From Saccharolobus islandicus REY15A (GTDB lineage Archaea; Thermoproteota; Thermoprotei_A; Sulfolobales; Sulfolobaceae), in NCBI RefSeq assembly GCF_000189555.1, contig NC_017276.1: DNA of 64,000 bases. The stretch is one strand, 5' to 3'. Shown here piece by piece: positions 21,419-31,946 of the stretch. Each line of letters opens with the position of its first letter. Within the stretch, counting starts at the first letter, position 1. The notes under the pieces are model-generated. The model did not search any database and was not told the origin of the DNA. It saw nothing but the letters and a program-made list of their open reading frames with translations. The translations under genes were made by a program, and so were the position numbers.

Positions 21419-21487
21419 TTATTTCTTTTTCTGCTCTCCACCGCTTTGTTGCTGTTGTCCGCCTTGCTCTTTCTTCTTCTTGGCCAT
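21419..21487 (-). CDS. Candidate 22-aa micro-protein MAKKKKEQGGQQQQSGGEQKKK
   Basis: Clean ATG..TAA frame forming a GC-richer patch in AT-rich intergenic DNA; same strand as both neighbours. Confidence 0.45.
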   Translation of the reverse strand: MAKKKKEQGGQQQQSGGEQKKK

Positions 21488-21742
21488 TTTGTATCTGATA
21501 AAAATTCACATTGAAATACCTAATAAGCATTCCTAATGAAATCTTGGTAGAATATTATCGAAAAAAAAATTACGCTTACTATGACATTTTCTCATAATCA
21601 TAACGTATATCCTAATTTGCTTTTAAAGATACTATTGGACTACACTGAAAACTTTTTATTCTTCTCTATTTATAGAATATGTTTTGCTAATGAACTTTTT
21701 TATAGTAAAACCTTAATCTCTATATCAAGAAAGTATATTTCT

Positions 21743-22327
21743 TTATCTAATAATTAAATTTGACCTTGTTTTTATTCTAATTGGTCTATAAATTAGATCT
21801 ATTATACTATTGATATTAATCAAACTATAGAGAAGAGGATCTATTTTCAATAGTTCTTCAGTACCAATGAAATACACTGTACTAGAGAATTCGATCAACT
21901 CTACAAGTCCATTAATTTTATCGATATTTTCATTGAGAAGTCCCGTAGAGTAACAAGCTAATAATGGCTGTGGTCTATCATCAAATGGAATTGCGATATC
22001 GTACGGCTTACTGCATACATAATCTGCGAAGCTTCTAGTAAGAAATGGGAAGTCACATCCAGTGATAAAAACTCTATCCCTTCGTACGTATTTTAATCCT
22101 TCTTTAACTCCTTTAACAGGTCCCTCATATTCACCGTTTTCTAAAACTAAAATTCCTTTTTTAATTCTCCTAGACGATCTAGATACCACGATAGGATTAT
22201 CGAATTGTTCCAATAATCTACTTAACATTGTTTTTGAATTTACCTCGAAACAACACTTATCGATTCCAAATCTTTTCGATAGTCCCCCAGCTAGTATCAT
22301 AACGTCATATGAATAGTTGTAGCTCAA
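21743..22327 (-). CDS. mobA: Molybdenum cofactor guanylyltransferase
   Basis: ILAGGLSKRFG.DK, GPV.G, GCDFP, NINS. Confidence 0.88.
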   Translation of the reverse strand: MSYNYSYDVMILAGGLSKRFGIDKCCFEVNSKTMLSRLLEQFDNPIVVSRSSRRIKKGILVLENGEYEGPVKGVKEGLKYVRRDRVFITGCDFPFLTRSFADYVCSKPYDIAIPFDDRPQPLLACYSTGLLNENIDKINGLVELIEFSSTVYFIGTEELLKIDPLLYSLININSIIDLIYRPIRIKTRSNLIIR

Positions 22328-23474
22328 CTTCTTCCCCTTTCTTATAAGTTACACTTCTCTTGAGAATTGTAAATCCATTAGCTTTGGATAACTCGCTATA
22401 CAAACCTACACCCCATCTAAGCGGGAATGCAGAGTTTCCTTTAACGTCAAATAAGTATATTGAATCCATGGAATGATTTACATAGATATCCTCTACGAGA
22501 GCACTTTTTACAAACCTCTTTAGATTAGCACTTAATATATTAGACAATACTGAGAGTCCAAATTCATGAAATGCAGTTATAGCAGAAACTACCTGTCCCG
22601 GTAATACCAATATTGGTTTTCCTTGAATCCTGCCTATACTACCTCTTTTGATTATGTTTACCGTTACACCATCAAATAGTATCTCTCCCAGCTTATTTAT
22701 AGCTCTCTTTACGTAATCTTTTTCACCCACTGAAGATCCCCCTATAGATATTATTACATCAGAAATTTCTAAAGACCTTTCAATTTTTCCGATTACATCA
22801 TTTAAATCGTCCTTTGCTACTCCCATATATTTTACACTACCGAATTTCTCGAGAATCTTGATTAGTATTGGTGAGATGGAATCTATAACCTTATTCTTCT
22901 CTGGATTTTCAAAGCTAGTTATTTCATCTCCGTTAGCAAAAATTGTAAACCTTAAATCTGAAACATTAATATGAAAAATTTGTTGTTGTAATAGAATTCC
23001 CAAATGATAAGGGGTCACTTCAGTACCTTTCCGTATTATTGTTTGCCCTGCGTAAATATCTTCTCCCTCTCCCCTTATATTCCTACCTTTTTTTATCTCT
23101 CCTTTAAATATAACATACTCTCCCTCAAGTTTAGAATTTTCAATAGGCACTACACTATCCGCATTTGTTGGTAATGGTGAACCAGTAGTTACGTAATAAG
23201 TTTCCCCCTCTTTTAATTCTGGAATGTTCAATGTATTTGGATAGAGTTTCCCTACTACTCTCAACTTTCCATATTTTAGATAGTCCTCATATTTGATAGC
23301 GTATCCATCCATTGCTGATAACGATCTTTCCGGTATACTTTTTATTGCAATCACATCCTCTGTTACTATTTTACCTAATGCTTGAAATATATCAACATCC
23401 TTTTCTCTCTTCTTTACCTCGAAATTTGTATTGTTAATTATTTTTCTAGCTTCTTCAACTGGGATTAGTGTCAC
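22305..23474 (-). CDS. moeA: Molybdopterin molybdenumtransferase
   Basis: SAMDGYA, TTGSPLP, GGSSVGEKDY, LPG motifs. Confidence 0.92.
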   Translation of the reverse strand: MTLIPVEEARKIINNTNFEVKKREKDVDIFQALGKIVTEDVIAIKSIPERSLSAMDGYAIKYEDYLKYGKLRVVGKLYPNTLNIPELKEGETYYVTTGSPLPTNADSVVPIENSKLEGEYVIFKGEIKKGRNIRGEGEDIYAGQTIIRKGTEVTPYHLGILLQQQIFHINVSDLRFTIFANGDEITSFENPEKNKVIDSISPILIKILEKFGSVKYMGVAKDDLNDVIGKIERSLEISDVIISIGGSSVGEKDYVKRAINKLGEILFDGVTVNIIKRGSIGRIQGKPILVLPGQVVSAITAFHEFGLSVLSNILSANLKRFVKSALVEDIYVNHSMDSIYLFDVKGNSAFPLRWGVGLYSELSKANGFTILKRSVTYKKGEEVELQLFI

Positions 23475-23507
23475 AATTTAATATTTTACTTCACATTAAT
23501 ATATGAT

Positions 23508-24017
23508 ATGGCGTGCATATTTCATATTGTAGGTAAAAAAGATACTGGAAAGACAAGCGTTATAGAGAATATCTTAAGGGAGGTTAAGAAGGATAATTTT
23601 AAGGTAGCAGTGGTTAAACATTCTCATCATAAATTGGACTTAGCTGGAAAGGATACTCATAGATATAGAAACTGTGGATCTGATTTAATTCTATTTCAAG
23701 AAGGTGAAGAAGAGTCAGTTCTTTTTATGCCTACCGTATTTTCCCTTACCTTAATTACGCTTCTCCCAGTAGATATTATCCTTATCGAGGGTTTTTCGAA
23801 TGTGGATATAGGTAAGAAATACGTTATTAATAGTGTAAATGAGATTGAAGCTGTAAGCAAACAACTCATAAACGATATAAAAAGGGAGTGTCAAAAGACG
23901 ATTAGAGCTTTAAGATTAGATGGCGTGAAAGTAGAAGTGACATCAGATAACGCTTTATTACTAACTCTTTATAATTTGATGAAAGTACTAGGAGTTAAAA
24001 ATGTCAGTTCAGATTAG
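23508..24017 (+). CDS. mobB: Molybdopterin-guanine dinucleotide biosynthesis protein B
   Basis: GKKDTGKT, VKHSHH, GKDT, LIEGF. Confidence 0.9.
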   Translation: MACIFHIVGKKDTGKTSVIENILREVKKDNFKVAVVKHSHHKLDLAGKDTHRYRNCGSDLILFQEGEEESVLFMPTVFSLTLITLLPVDIILIEGFSNVDIGKKYVINSVNEIEAVSKQLINDIKRECQKTIRALRLDGVKVEVTSDNALLLTLYNLMKVLGVKNVSSD

Positions 24018-24723
24018 TGGATCAGAGATTATATCGCTAGATCCTAATGCGTATGTAACAGACGCTTTATACTTCATGAGAAGAAATAATGTGAGAAGAT
24101 TAGTAGTAAGTAATTCCAACAATATAATAGGTATTTTTACGATTGAGAATGGAATTAGACAAATTTTAGAAAACAGATTAGAAGTTAGACTAAATGAATT
24201 AAAGTTAAAAAGACCGATATTTATCGAGAATAATGATGTTAAAAGTATAGTGAGAACAATGATTAACGAGAACTCGGATTTTGTAATATATGGGGGGAAA
24301 TATATTATAACCGAGAAGGATGTTGTAAGGTCTTTCAAGTGGAGTTCGGTAAAGGAAAATATAGAAAGTATTAGTAAAGACGCAATTGTAGTTCAACCCT
24401 TCACGAAGATCTCGACCTGTATAGAAATTATGCTTAAAAACAATATTAGGCACTTGCCAGTAGTTAATGGAATTGCACTAGGCATAGTTAGCGCGAGGGA
24501 TATAGCCTATTCTTATGACTCAATAACTGGAAATACGATAGTTGAAAAAATTATGAATGTAAATCTAGTTACTGCAGATGATAATAATGAGATAAATGAA
24601 GCAGTTAATTTAATGATGGAGAGAAATGTTGGCAGTCTAATAATTAAAACTAGTGTTAAGAACAAGGTTAAAATTCTTACTAACAGAGATTTAATAAAGT
24701 TGATATTTAGTTATATATTGTGA
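24001..24723 (+). CDS. CBS-domain protein
   Basis: Tandem CBS repeats (IRHLPVV, GIVSARDI, VGSLII). Confidence 0.85.
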   Translation: MSVQISGSEIISLDPNAYVTDALYFMRRNNVRRLVVSNSNNIIGIFTIENGIRQILENRLEVRLNELKLKRPIFIENNDVKSIVRTMINENSDFVIYGGKYIITEKDVVRSFKWSSVKENIESISKDAIVVQPFTKISTCIEIMLKNNIRHLPVVNGIALGIVSARDIAYSYDSITGNTIVEKIMNVNLVTADDNNEINEAVNLMMERNVGSLIIKTSVKNKVKILTNRDLIKLIFSYIL

Positions 24724-25418
24724 TATTCTCTTGTCCTATTGATGGAAGTGATGTAAACGAGAAGTTAGAGTGCGAAAAGGGTCATAGATTTAATGTAATC
24801 GAAGATCAGATTTACGATTTCTTGTTAAAGGATATTGAGGTTGATAAATTATTAGCAAGAGTAATCCCAGTTTACGAAAGTGTATGGGCTCCATTAGGGT
24901 TATTATTCACTTCTGGTAAAACTTATGCGTCTTTTCTCAGAGCAATTGGAGAGTTTATAGATGGGGATTTAGTAGTTGATGTGGGAACTGGTACAGGTAA
25001 GATTTTTGATTTTCTGAATTGTAAGACTTGTATCGGTATTGACGTATCTTTAAGGTTTTTAACATATATGAAGAGAAAGAGACCTAAAGTGATAGCAGTA
25101 AGGGCTGATGCTAACAATCTACCTCTCAAATCCGGAATTGCTGATGGGATTTCTTCTACATTAGTTTTACACATGTTATCTAATCCATCTTTTGCCATAA
25201 GGGAAATGTATAGAGTACTGAAATCTAATGGAAAATGTAGTATCGCGGTTTTAGCTAATGTGAATTCATTAATAGCTAAGATACTATCCAGATGGTGGAA
25301 AGTATATTTAAGACATTACGATTACTACATTAATTTACTTCAAGAGAACTCCTTAAAAGTAGTTGAAAGGAAAGAATTAGGACCTTGGGAGGTAATAAAT
25401 TGTATTAAGATCTCATAA
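24720..25418 (+). CDS. Class I SAM-dependent methyltransferase with N-terminal Zn-ribbon
   Basis: CPID..CEKGH; VVDVGTGTG; ADANNLP. Confidence 0.85.
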   Translation: MIFSCPIDGSDVNEKLECEKGHRFNVIEDQIYDFLLKDIEVDKLLARVIPVYESVWAPLGLLFTSGKTYASFLRAIGEFIDGDLVVDVGTGTGKIFDFLNCKTCIGIDVSLRFLTYMKRKRPKVIAVRADANNLPLKSGIADGISSTLVLHMLSNPSFAIREMYRVLKSNGKCSIAVLANVNSLIAKILSRWWKVYLRHYDYYINLLQENSLKVVERKELGPWEVINCIKIS

Positions 25419-25818
25419 ACAAAGTTGCTGAAAGAGCAAGGAAACTTAGTCCATTAATAAGCTCTAATACTTTTTCAATAATTCCAGCAACTATAGGTGT
25501 ATATGCTAAAATTAATACTCCAGATATAATAAATATGAAGAATATTCCTAGGAGAGCTGTGTAATAGAGCTCGCCATCACCCGCTAATAATCTAAATAAC
25601 TTCTCACTGCCAGTGGCTCCAAATACTATTCTCTCTATTCCAAATACAATTCCCAACATGTAAAACAGAATGGGACTTATCCCAAAAAATAGAGCTGATT
25701 GTAATTGTTCGCTATTTATTCCAGTCTTCATGATTAAAAATGCTGAGGTAACTAATAATACTACCCCTAAGGATATGCTTATTAACCTCTTTCTTATCTG
25801 CTTATTGACATGGGCCAT
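25405..25818 (-). CDS. Hypothetical membrane protein (about 4 TM)
   Basis: Hydrophobic segments; overlaps upstream gene, implying coupling. Confidence 0.6.
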   Translation of the reverse strand: MAHVNKQIRKRLISISLGVVLLVTSAFLIMKTGINSEQLQSALFFGISPILFYMLGIVFGIERIVFGATGSEKLFRLLAGDGELYYTALLGIFFIFIISGVLILAYTPIVAGIIEKVLELINGLSFLALSATLFMRS

Positions 25819-26213
25819 CCCAAAACACCAACTAATTTTTCTCCCATTTCAATATCTAGTAACTCGCCTAAAAATATTCCCCCGAGTGCACCTACAAATA
25901 ATCCAGCTAACCCACCAAGATAATAACCTGCGAGTGCACCTAAAGCTCCTCCTGCTACCTTGCCAAAATTTTGATTCTTTACCTCATATATCGTTGCAAA
26001 GTTATGATCCCCATATTTGCCATATTTAGATAAATAGTAAGATAGATCTAGAATTGCCTCCTTCACTTCACTTAAATCTTTACCCCTAAATAGAGTAATG
26101 TAATATTCTTCTCCTTTATCTTTTCTAAAATAAATCGGAGTAAAATTAGCTTGTCTTAATTCCCTAAATGACGTCCCATATCCTCCCTTAATTCTAAAAA
26201 TGACTTTGTACAC
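25794..26213 (-). CDS. Hypothetical protein with C-terminal glycine zipper
   Basis: GKVAGGALGALAGYYLGGLAGLFVGALGG GxxxG repeats. Confidence 0.65.
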   Translation of the reverse strand: MYKVIFRIKGGYGTSFRELRQANFTPIYFRKDKGEEYYITLFRGKDLSEVKEAILDLSYYLSKYGKYGDHNFATIYEVKNQNFGKVAGGALGALAGYYLGGLAGLFVGALGGIFLGELLDIEMGEKLVGVLGWPMSISR

Positions 26214-26308
26214 AATAAATTATTTGATAAATTTTTATATTAATGTTTTGCTTGTTCGTAGTTAGAACCTTAGCTTTATTTTTGACTTAAGGATAAAGTT
26301 ATATTGAA

Positions 26309-26545
26309 ATGGGGTCCGAGCTACAAAAGTTTTATGCGATAGCTAAGGTATATGGTTTTGAGATAGAAACGAAATTACATGACCACATATCTGCAGCAGT
26401 CGATGAGGCTATTGATAAAATAAAGTTAACCTTACGAAAAGAGGGCATGAACGGAAAGACGGTAAATGCATTAATAGAAGTTTTCGCTAAAGATGAAAGA
26501 GCTTCAAATCTAATTGAGAGTATAAAAGCGAGGATCTACACATAA
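26309..26545 (+). CDS. Conserved hypothetical protein
   Basis: 78-aa ORF with upstream TATA-like box, first gene of a + strand run. Confidence 0.6.
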   Translation: MGSELQKFYAIAKVYGFEIETKLHDHISAAVDEAIDKIKLTLRKEGMNGKTVNALIEVFAKDERASNLIESIKARIYT

Positions 26546-26550
26546 TTCAT

Positions 26551-27189
26551 ATGGTTGAACTTTCAGAACCCTTGGAAAATTACCTGAAAGAGATGTATGA
26601 GATAGAAGAAATTAAGGGTAGTGCTAAAGTTTCAGAATTAATTTCTATTTTCAATATTTCCCCCGGAACAATAAGCAAAGCGCTAAACAAATTAGAAAAA
26701 TTAGGATTAATAGAAAGAACTAGCGATCGAAAAATAAAGTTAACTGAAGAGGGAAAGAGAATTGCAGAAAGATTAATTAGGTCTCATAGACTTAGCGAAC
26801 GTTTGTTAACAGATATAATTGGACTTGATTGGATAAGAGCTCACGAGTTAGCTCATAGGCTAGAACATATTTGGCCAGATGATATATTGGAGAAAATAGA
26901 TAAATTGCTTGGTTATCCTGCAACTTGTCCTCATGGCCATCCTATAGGAAATAGGAAAAAAGTAAACGGAAAGAAATTATCTGAAATAAATATTATTGGT
27001 AAATATAAGGTTGTGATGATTGTAAGGGAGGAAGAATGGGTTTTAAGAGAAGCCACACGACTGGGATTAAAACCCGGCACAGTACTTGAAGTTATTGAAA
27101 ATAATGGCACTGATATAAAAATCAAAGTAGGAGAGAGAATAGAGGAAGTTAGTAAAGTACTTGGTGATCAGGTGTTGGTGGTTGGATGA
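26551..27189 (+). CDS. DtxR/MntR-family metal-dependent repressor with FeoA-like domain
   Basis: [26 protein letters not shown]. Confidence 0.92.
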   Translation: MVELSEPLENYLKEMYEIEEIKGSAKVSELISIFNISPGTISKALNKLEKLGLIERTSDRKIKLTEEGKRIAERLIRSHRLSERLLTDIIGLDWIRAHELAHRLEHIWPDDILEKIDKLLGYPATCPHGHPIGNRKKVNGKKLSEINIIGKYKVVMIVREEEWVLREATRLGLKPGTVLEVIENNGTDIKIKVGERIEEVSKVLGDQVLVVG

Positions 27190-27520
27190 ATTAATGAAAA
27201 AAATCCTAATTCATATTTACAAATACGGCCCCGATAACCCTTGGTATATGGCGAGAAGACTTTTAGGAGAAAGTGGATGGGTGGCAAAATACGACGAGAA
27301 TCGAGTAGAAGAGGCTTGTAAAAAATTAGAAGAAATGGGATACTTGATTAGATTTCAAGGCTCCCTAAAAAAATCTGTAACCTCGTCTATAAAGCCGTGG
27401 TTAAAAGTTAAAGCTAGAGAACTAAATCATAAGCCCAAGGGAATTTACTATGATCTAAGTAAAGAAGGAAAAAAGATTGCATCGTTACTATATAAGGAAT
27501 ATAAAAGGGAGAATGGATAA
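27161..27520 (+). CDS. Winged-helix protein (DUF2250-like); true start may be 27182 or 27194
   Basis: [18 protein letters not shown]...YYDLSKEG. Confidence 0.65.
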   Translation: MVIRCWWLDELMKKILIHIYKYGPDNPWYMARRLLGESGWVAKYDENRVEEACKKLEEMGYLIRFQGSLKKSVTSSIKPWLKVKARELNHKPKGIYYDLSKEGKKIASLLYKEYKRENG

Positions 27521-27522
27521 TT

Positions 27523-28725
27523 ATGGATATCGTTGAAAAGATTTTAGAGTATTCAAATCCCTATAATGTTTTGCAAGAGAAAGTTAAGATAAAGGATAAT
27601 TCGCTTTTATTTAATAACGAAAATATCCCATTTAACAAACCTATACTGATTTCAGTAGGGAAGGCCTCTTTGCCCATGGCGCGATTCTTTAGTGAGAGGA
27701 TTGAATTAAAGGCTAAATTAATAGTAACACCGAAGGGTACTAAAGGTAACGAGAATAACGTTATAGAAGCTGGTCATCCCTTGCCAGATGAGAACAGTAT
27801 AGAGGCTGGGAAAAGGATAATAGAGCTATTAACTACTGAGGACTACGATTTAGTTATATTTGCAATTTCTGGGGGCGCGTCAGCATTAGTTGAATATTCT
27901 GAAATATCCTTAGATGAGCTGAGAATGATTAACAAGAATCTTGTTATCTCTGGAATAGGAATTAATAAAATAAATATAGTAAGGAAGCATTTATCTAAGA
28001 TAAAAGGGGGTAAGATACTAGAATATATAAAAGATAAAATCCCTGTAGTGTCGTTTATTGTTAGTGATGTTCCAGGTAATGACATAAGTAGTATTGGAAG
28101 TGGTCTTACTAGTATTGATACCTCTACTAACGAGAATGCATTAGAAATTTTAAAAGATATAGGATTAGAAAAATACTCCAAGTATCTGACTGAGACCCCT
28201 AAGAGTTTCTCTAGAATTGTGAAAAATTACATAATTCTAGATAACATGGAGGTACTTAAGAAGCTCGCAAATATTCTGGACAACTCTTTCATTCTTACTT
28301 CTGAAATCAGAGGAGAGGCAAGAGATGTGGGAGCTATTATTGCTTCAATTTATAATTCGTCAGAGAACTATAATGTACCTTTAAGGAGACCTTACTATTT
28401 ATTACTTGGTGGGGAGCCAGAAGTTACAATTCAAGGAAAGGCAGGGAAGGGTGGAAGAAATGGAGAGGTCTGCCTATCCTTCCTCAAATACGCTAAAAAA
28501 GGAAATAGATTTGAACTATTAGGTTTCGCTACTGATGGAGTTGACGGTAACTCAGAATATGCTGGTTGTAAAGTCAATTCGGACATGAAAATAGCAGAGG
28601 AGGAGATAGATGCTGCATTAGAGACTCACAATAGTTATGGCTTGCTAGAAAACTATGGAGGGACTATAAAAACTGGCTATACTCACACTAACGTGAATAA
28701 TATTTATGTGTTAAGGGCTCCTTGA
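27523..28725 (+). CDS. Glycerate 2-kinase (MOFRL family)
   Basis: SVGKAS, AGHPLPD, SGGASAL, GGEPEV, GGRNGE, TDGVDG, TNVNNI. Confidence 0.92.
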   Translation: MDIVEKILEYSNPYNVLQEKVKIKDNSLLFNNENIPFNKPILISVGKASLPMARFFSERIELKAKLIVTPKGTKGNENNVIEAGHPLPDENSIEAGKRIIELLTTEDYDLVIFAISGGASALVEYSEISLDELRMINKNLVISGIGINKINIVRKHLSKIKGGKILEYIKDKIPVVSFIVSDVPGNDISSIGSGLTSIDTSTNENALEILKDIGLEKYSKYLTETPKSFSRIVKNYIILDNMEVLKKLANILDNSFILTSEIRGEARDVGAIIASIYNSSENYNVPLRRPYYLLLGGEPEVTIQGKAGKGGRNGEVCLSFLKYAKKGNRFELLGFATDGVDGNSEYAGCKVNSDMKIAEEEIDAALETHNSYGLLENYGGTIKTGYTHTNVNNIYVLRAP

Positions 28726-29216
28726 GTTCTTATCTTCTTTTGTAACATTAATACTGCCCTAGCGACAGCCTCTGGCCTTATTGGACATCCAGGAACGTAT
28801 AAATCAACTGGAATTCCAAGGTCTGAGGGAAGTACGGTATTATAAGAATTCCAGAAGATTCCTCCTTCGAGTATACAAGCTCCAAGGGCGATAACGAACT
28901 TCGGTTCTGGCATCTGGTCATATACAATCCTCGCTGCTCTACCCATTTTTCTGCTTAGCGTACCTTCTAGTATAAGTATATTCGATTGTCTGGCTGAGGA
29001 GAACGGCAGCATTCCATACCTTTCTGCATCAAATCTTGCAGCTGCAAAAGCTCCAAATTCTGTACCACAGCAAGATGTAGTAAAGTGAGGTGGCCAGAGG
29101 GAAAATGAAATACCCCAATCGATTATTGATTTTATTGGTTTCCTATTAATTAACCATTGAGCTGCCTTTTTGGCTACTTCATTTAAGTTACCAACTAAAA
29201 TAGTCTGTTCTGTCAT
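28704..29216 (-). CDS. nuoB: NADH-quinone oxidoreductase subunit B
   Basis: TSCCGTE, RQSNILI, GAC..GG, VPGCPIRPE. Confidence 0.93.
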   Translation of the reverse strand: MTEQTILVGNLNEVAKKAAQWLINRKPIKSIIDWGISFSLWPPHFTTSCCGTEFGAFAAARFDAERYGMLPFSSARQSNILILEGTLSRKMGRAARIVYDQMPEPKFVIALGACILEGGIFWNSYNTVLPSDLGIPVDLYVPGCPIRPEAVARAVLMLQKKIRTQGALNT

Positions 29217-29253
29217 TGCTATACTCTATTTTATCATTCCCTTAAATAACTTT

Positions 29254-29308
29254 ATTCAGAGATCACCTCACAAATCATCAAATCAATTTTCCCTATCTCA
29301 TCATCGAC
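29254..29308 (-). ncRNA. Box C/D sRNA candidate; D guide complementary to the 16S rRNA 3' end
   Basis: Minus strand: ATGATGA-GATAGGGAAAA-TTGA-T-TTGATGA-TTTGTGAGGTGATCT-CTGA; TTTAAAG box upstream. Confidence 0.75.
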
Positions 29309-29327
29309 AAGTATATTTTCTTGTTAA

Positions 29328-31086
<1,759 letters not shown>

Positions 31087-31096
31087 TATTGAAAGA

Positions 31097-31946
31097 GAGT
31101 GTGTCGATAGTGTCGTCGTTAAGCTATTTATATTTGTATAACGAGTATTACTTATGGGTAGGAAGGCTGTAGTTAGGCAAGACGTTTCTTGTCCCTCTTG
31201 TGGTAGTCATCATGTTGTTAAGTGTGGTTGGGTAGGCAGTGTGTAGGGATTGCGGTAGATACTTCTTGGGTGATGCTACTTACCATCATCATTCCAAGAA
31301 GTTGAGGGAGGAGGCTTTGAGGTTGTATGCTAATGGTATGAGTATGAGAGCCATTTCTAGGGTTTTGAATGTCCCCTTGGGTACTGTCTTCACTTGGATT
31401 AAGCGGTATGGTGGGCAGAAGTTGAGTTGTGGGGTAAGGCTAAGGATTTGGTCAGGGGTGGTGTTGTTGCTAAGGTTGTTGATGAGATGTGGACTTACTT
31501 GTACAAGAATACTAGGGCTTTTTACAAGTGGGCGTTCAGTAATAAATCTTTCAGTCAAACTTCAAGCATAGTATTAGCTAAGATTGCCACGTGGGTTTTC
31601 ACTTGCTACGTTTACACGAAGCTGGGAGTTTACCTCATTTACTCTGTGGGGGATGGGGATGAGAGTACTTTCCTTGAGGTCAAAAAGTATTTGCTTGATG
31701 AGGGTAGATGGGTGAGCGATGATTATAACTTGTACTTCTGGTTGAAAGACCACACGGTTGTCTCGCCAGTTAACCCGAACGAGTCCTTTCATTCCTCATT
31801 AAGGGATAGGCTAATTGGATTCAAGGGAGCAACGAAGGCAGTAAATAGGAGTATTAGTACCATGATGTACTCCATAGCCCTAGTCTTATGGGAGAGAAGG
31901 TTAATCCCAGAATTTGTAGCTTAATGACGACACTATGGACGCACTC
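31097..31946 (+). mobile_element. IS1-family element (ISC796-like), copy 1, transposase inactivated
   Basis: 30-bp imperfect IRs, near-perfect 8-bp TSD TTGAAAGA/TTGAAAGG; CPSC Zn-ribbon, HTH and VVDEMWTY DDE pieces split by frameshifts. Confidence 0.9.

Noticed and set aside
21560-21569. Poly-A run as a possible phase-variation tract
   Set aside because: Intergenic in AT-rich DNA and not clearly in a promoter spacer or ORF
28704-29216. Stand-alone nuoB away from other nuo genes
   Set aside because: Known arrangement in Sulfolobales
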